Part shown: in pieces, positions 61,295 to 64,000 of the stretch
How the letters are laid out: the number at the start of each line of letters is the position of its first letter
Numbering within the stretch: position 1 is the stretch's first letter
Assembly (NCBI GenBank): GCA_963707915.1
Contig: OY970178.1
Coordinates: 2,784,001-2,848,000, forward strand
Length of the DNA stretch: 64,000 bases
Direction: 5' to 3'
Origin: Candidatus Eiseniibacteriota bacterium
Lineage (GTDB): Bacteria; Eisenbacteria; RBG-16-71-46
Translations under genes and position numbers: made by a program
The notes under the pieces: model-generated
What the model saw: the letters and a program-made list of their open reading frames with translations, nothing else
Databases searched by the model: none
Told to the model about the DNA's origin: nothing

Positions 61295-62043
61295 ACGCGC
61301 ATCTCGTCGAGCGTGCCGATCAGGCGCTCCACCTCCGTGAGGAACCGGTGGTAGAGCACGAGCACCTCGTCGGTCTTGTAGCGCCGCGTCGAGTAGCGGA
61401 ACAGGTGGGCCGAGAGCAGGCCCTGCGCGTCGAGCTGGTAGAGCTCGGCCACGCGCTGGATGATGCGGGCCGGCTCGACCGGCACGGGCTCCGCGCGCAG
61501 CCGCAGCAGGGTGCGGAACAGGGTGGCGAAGCCGCTCGCGCTGGCCCGCAGCATGCGCTCCAGCGCCGGCCCGTCGGAGCGGTGGAGCAGGTAGTTCTGG
61601 CGCAGCTGGATGTGCTTGCCGCGCAGCTCGTGCTCGCACTGCAGGCGCAGGTAGGTGCGCGGCACGTCGAGCCCGCTGAAGACGTCCTCGCCCTCGAGGC
61701 GCAGGTGGCGCTCCTGGATCTCGACCCACTCGATGGGGAACGAGTCGAGCGAGCCCTCGATCTGGGCGCGGCTGAGGAAGAGCGGATCGATGAACGGCCG
61801 CTTGCGCTGGGCGGGCATGGACTTCGCGACCGTGTCCAGCCGCGGACCGTCGAGCGAACGCGCCACGACCAGCACGTTGACGTGCGAGTGCTTCGGGTCG
61901 AAGCCCCGCGTGAGCACGCTGCCGGTGAGGTACGCCGCGATGAACTCCGGTCCGACGGCGTCCCGCACCGGGGCCAGCCACTTGCGCGCGAGCTCCACGA
62001 TCTCCGCCGCGGGTTCGAAGAACGAATCGTCTGGAGTGTGCAT
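61291..62043 (-). CDS. Nucleotidyltransferase-fold protein, probably degenerate
   Basis: YLTGSVLTRGF...SHVNVLVV, DSFPIEW, LRLQCEHELRGK. Confidence 0.75.
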   Translation of the reverse strand: MHTPDDSFFEPAAEIVELARKWLAPVRDAVGPEFIAAYLTGSVLTRGFDPKHSHVNVLVVARSLDGPRLDTVAKSMPAQRKRPFIDPLFLSRAQIEGSLDSFPIEWVEIQERHLRLEGEDVFSGLDVPRTYLRLQCEHELRGKHIQLRQNYLLHRSDGPALERMLRASASGFATLFRTLLRLRAEPVPVEPARIIQRVAELYQLDAQGLLSAHLFRYSTRRYKTDEVLVLYHRFLTEVERLIGTLDEMRV

Positions 62044-62050
62044 GGCCTCG

Positions 62051-62079
62051 ACGCTAGCCCGCGCCGCGGCGAGGGTCAA
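62051..62079 (-). promoter_or_regulatory. sigma70 promoter positioned for a leaderless transcript
   Basis: TTGACC-17 bp-TAGCGT, 7 nt before the ATG at 62043. Confidence 0.55.
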
Positions 62080-62121
62080 GCGCGGAGCGCCGCCGCCGCG
62101 CCGCCCGCGGATGGCCGCCGC

Positions 62122-62151
62122 TTGACCCCCGTTCCCGCCAGCGCCTACGGT
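62122..62151 (+). promoter_or_regulatory. Putative sigma70 promoter, divergent partner of the previous one
   Basis: TTGACC-18 bp-TACGGT. Confidence 0.45.
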
Positions 62152-62221
62152 CGGGCCTCGGGGCAGCGTGCGCAACCGCGCGAGCGGTCCCGGGTTCCGC
62201 GGCCCGGCTTCGGAGGACGGC

Positions 62222-63202
62222 GTGCACGAGGTTCTGATCATCGGCGGCGGTCCGGCCGGGCTCACGGCAGGCATCTACTGCCGGATGCGCAAGCTCTCGG
62301 TGCTGGTGGTCGACGCCGGCCGTGTCGGCGGCCAGTTGGTCTCGGTCTACGCCGACAAGCTGGTGCACGACTGGCCGGGCCAGGCCCAGGTGGTCGCCGA
62401 CGACCTGGCCGGCCAACTGGTCACGCACGCGCGCGAGTCGGGCGTCGAGTTCGCGGAGCACGAGAAGGTCGCGGACCTGCGCCGGCTCGAGACCGGCTTC
62501 GAGGTGGTCACGCGCGACGCGCGGACCCGCGAGGAGCGCGTCCACCCCGCGGCCGCGATCATCATCGCGATCGGTGCGGGCGCCTACCAGCCGCGCCTCC
62601 TCCACGTGCCGGGCGAGGAGGGACTGTCCGAGGAGTCCGTCACCTACGGGATGCCCGTCCCGGCGCGGGCGGCCGGACGCGCGGTCGTGGTGGTGGGCGG
62701 CGGCGATTCCGGGCTCGAGAGCGCGCAGGCCGCGCACCGCGCGGGAGCCCGCGTGACGATCGTCCACGGGCGCCCCGGGTTCAAGGGCATGGAGGTCAAC
62801 CTCGACGCGGTGGAGCGGATGGGCATCCCCCGGCTGCTCGACACCAGGGTGAAGGAACTGGAGGTCGCGGACGGCGGGCTCCAGGCCGTGGTGGTCGAGA
62901 CCCGCGGGGAACCCGGGACCCGGCGGCTCGAATGCACCTACCTGGTGGTGAACATCGGCGCCGCGGTGGACCTCGAGGCCGTGCAGGGCTGGGGCGTGGC
63001 GGTCGACGGCGGCCACGTCCCGGTGGACCGCGCCATGCAGACCTCGGTGCCGGGGATCTTCGCCTGCGGCGACATCGCGGCCTACGAGGGCAAGGTCAAG
63101 CTGCTCATCACCGCTTCGAGCGAGGGCGCGGTGGCCGCGAACTCGGCCTACGCGTTCGTGCGCAGGCCGGCGCACGTCACGATGAAGGACCTCTACCGAT
63201 GA
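62222..63202 (+). CDS. Thioredoxin-reductase-fold FAD oxidoreductase, probably ferredoxin-NADP+ reductase (YumC type)
   Basis: SD GGAGG then GTG; GGGPAGL, GGQL, AIGAG, GGGDSG, TSVPGIFACGD...Y.GK.KL; no CxxC. Confidence 0.85.
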   Translation: MHEVLIIGGGPAGLTAGIYCRMRKLSVLVVDAGRVGGQLVSVYADKLVHDWPGQAQVVADDLAGQLVTHARESGVEFAEHEKVADLRRLETGFEVVTRDARTREERVHPAAAIIIAIGAGAYQPRLLHVPGEEGLSEESVTYGMPVPARAAGRAVVVVGGGDSGLESAQAAHRAGARVTIVHGRPGFKGMEVNLDAVERMGIPRLLDTRVKELEVADGGLQAVVVETRGEPGTRRLECTYLVVNIGAAVDLEAVQGWGVAVDGGHVPVDRAMQTSVPGIFACGDIAAYEGKVKLLITASSEGAVAANSAYAFVRRPAHVTMKDLYR

Positions 63203-63224
63203 GGACGGGACCGGAGCGGGGACG

Positions 63225-63719
63225 ATGACGACGCCGGACGGCGCGGCGCTCGAGATCCGCCGGCTCGAGGGGGTGAGCGAGGCGGAGGCCTGCGCGCGGA
63301 TGATGGCGGCGAGCGAGCCGTGGATCACGCTGCGGCGCGACGCCGGCGCCGCCCTCGCCATCCTCACCGATCCGGGACGCGAGTCCTACGTCGCGCGGAT
63401 CGACGGCGAGCTCGCCGGCTTCCTCATCCTGGTGATGCACGGCGCGTTCGTCGGCTACATCCAGTCGATCTGCGTCACGCCCGGGCGGCGCGGCCAGGGG
63501 CTGGGCCGCCGGATCATGGCGTTCGCCGAGGAGCGGATCCTCCGCGACACGCCCAACGTGTTCCTCAACGTCGCCTCGTTCAACCCGGAGGCGCAGCGGC
63601 TCTACCGGAGACTCGGCTACGAGGTCGTGGGCGAACTGCGCGACTACATCGTGCCGGGCCACTCCGAGGTCCTCATGCGCAAGACCACGGGCCCGCTGGC
63701 GGAGTTCCGCAGGGGATAG
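63225..63719 (+). CDS. GNAT-family N-acetyltransferase
   Basis: RRGQGLG acetyl-CoA loop, N..AQRLYRRLGY. Confidence 0.9.
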   Translation: MTTPDGAALEIRRLEGVSEAEACARMMAASEPWITLRRDAGAALAILTDPGRESYVARIDGELAGFLILVMHGAFVGYIQSICVTPGRRGQGLGRRIMAFAEERILRDTPNVFLNVASFNPEAQRLYRRLGYEVVGELRDYIVPGHSEVLMRKTTGPLAEFRRG

Positions 63720-63761
63720 GGAGGCGGCCGCGCGCCGGGCGGGACGGGGAGCGCCGGCCGG

Positions 63762-63971
63762 TCAGCCGGCCAGTTCGTTGCCGTCGTCGTCCTCGACGAC
63801 GATCGCGCTGCACGGGCAGGCCTCGGCCGCCTCGATCAGCAACTCGAGACTCGCAGCCTCGTCGTCGAGCACGACGACCTTGTTCTTGCTGTCGAGAGCG
63901 AAGACCGCGGGCGCGATCTCGACGCACTCGGCGTTGCCACAGCATGCGCCGTGGCGGATGCGAACCTGCAT
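63762..63971 (-). CDS. Single-cluster ferredoxin
   Basis: SD AGGAGGTG; CCGNAEC...APAVF...AAEACPCSAI. Confidence 0.9.
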   Translation of the reverse strand: MQVRIRHGACCGNAECVEIAPAVFALDSKNKVVVLDDEAASLELLIEAAEACPCSAIVVEDDDGNELAG

Positions 63972-64000
63972 GGGGGCCTGGCACCTCCTGTCGGGCGGAG

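Overview
A very GC-rich (roughly 70%+, estimated by eye) chromosomal window from a diderm bacterium: it encodes FadL, OmpA, a beta-barrel and several lipoproteins. Gene style is compatible with an uncultured FCB-related lineage such as Ca. Eisenbacteria, but that is an unverified impression. It holds about 46 CDS and one tRNA(CAT). I found no CRISPR array, rRNA, integrase or transposase. Blocks in order: a paralogous CxxCP protein pair; an MrfA-like DUF1998 helicase, SAM methyltransferase and MrfB-like exonuclease; a zinc-ribbon/cold-shock fusion with a long leader; a divergent lipid-scavenging cluster (GDSL lipase-fadL-fadD versus RMDN-like TPR-thiolase-fadJ); gdh followed by two truncated dikinase-like proteins, one fused to a GAF-like sensor and a nucleotidyltransferase; tRNA-tilS-hpt-ftsH; folP-cdaA; ompA; a DUF4159/DUF4175/TPR operon; secDF; a CBS-less guaB; a degenerate three-gene chemosensory-like operon; a Nal1-like protease followed by a stand-alone copy of its own prodomain; NTase-TPM-LemA; FNR, GNAT and ferredoxin. 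Best candidates for undescribed systems: (1) the gdh-linked dikinase/NTase module, (2) an exported RMDN/PTPIP51-like TPR protein in the fad cluster, (3) the protease plus free-prodomain pair, (4) the kinase-dead chemosensory-like operon. Single-base frameshifts in fadD, gdh and ftsH are most likely sequencing errors. All family assignments come from motif recognition by eye; no searches were run.
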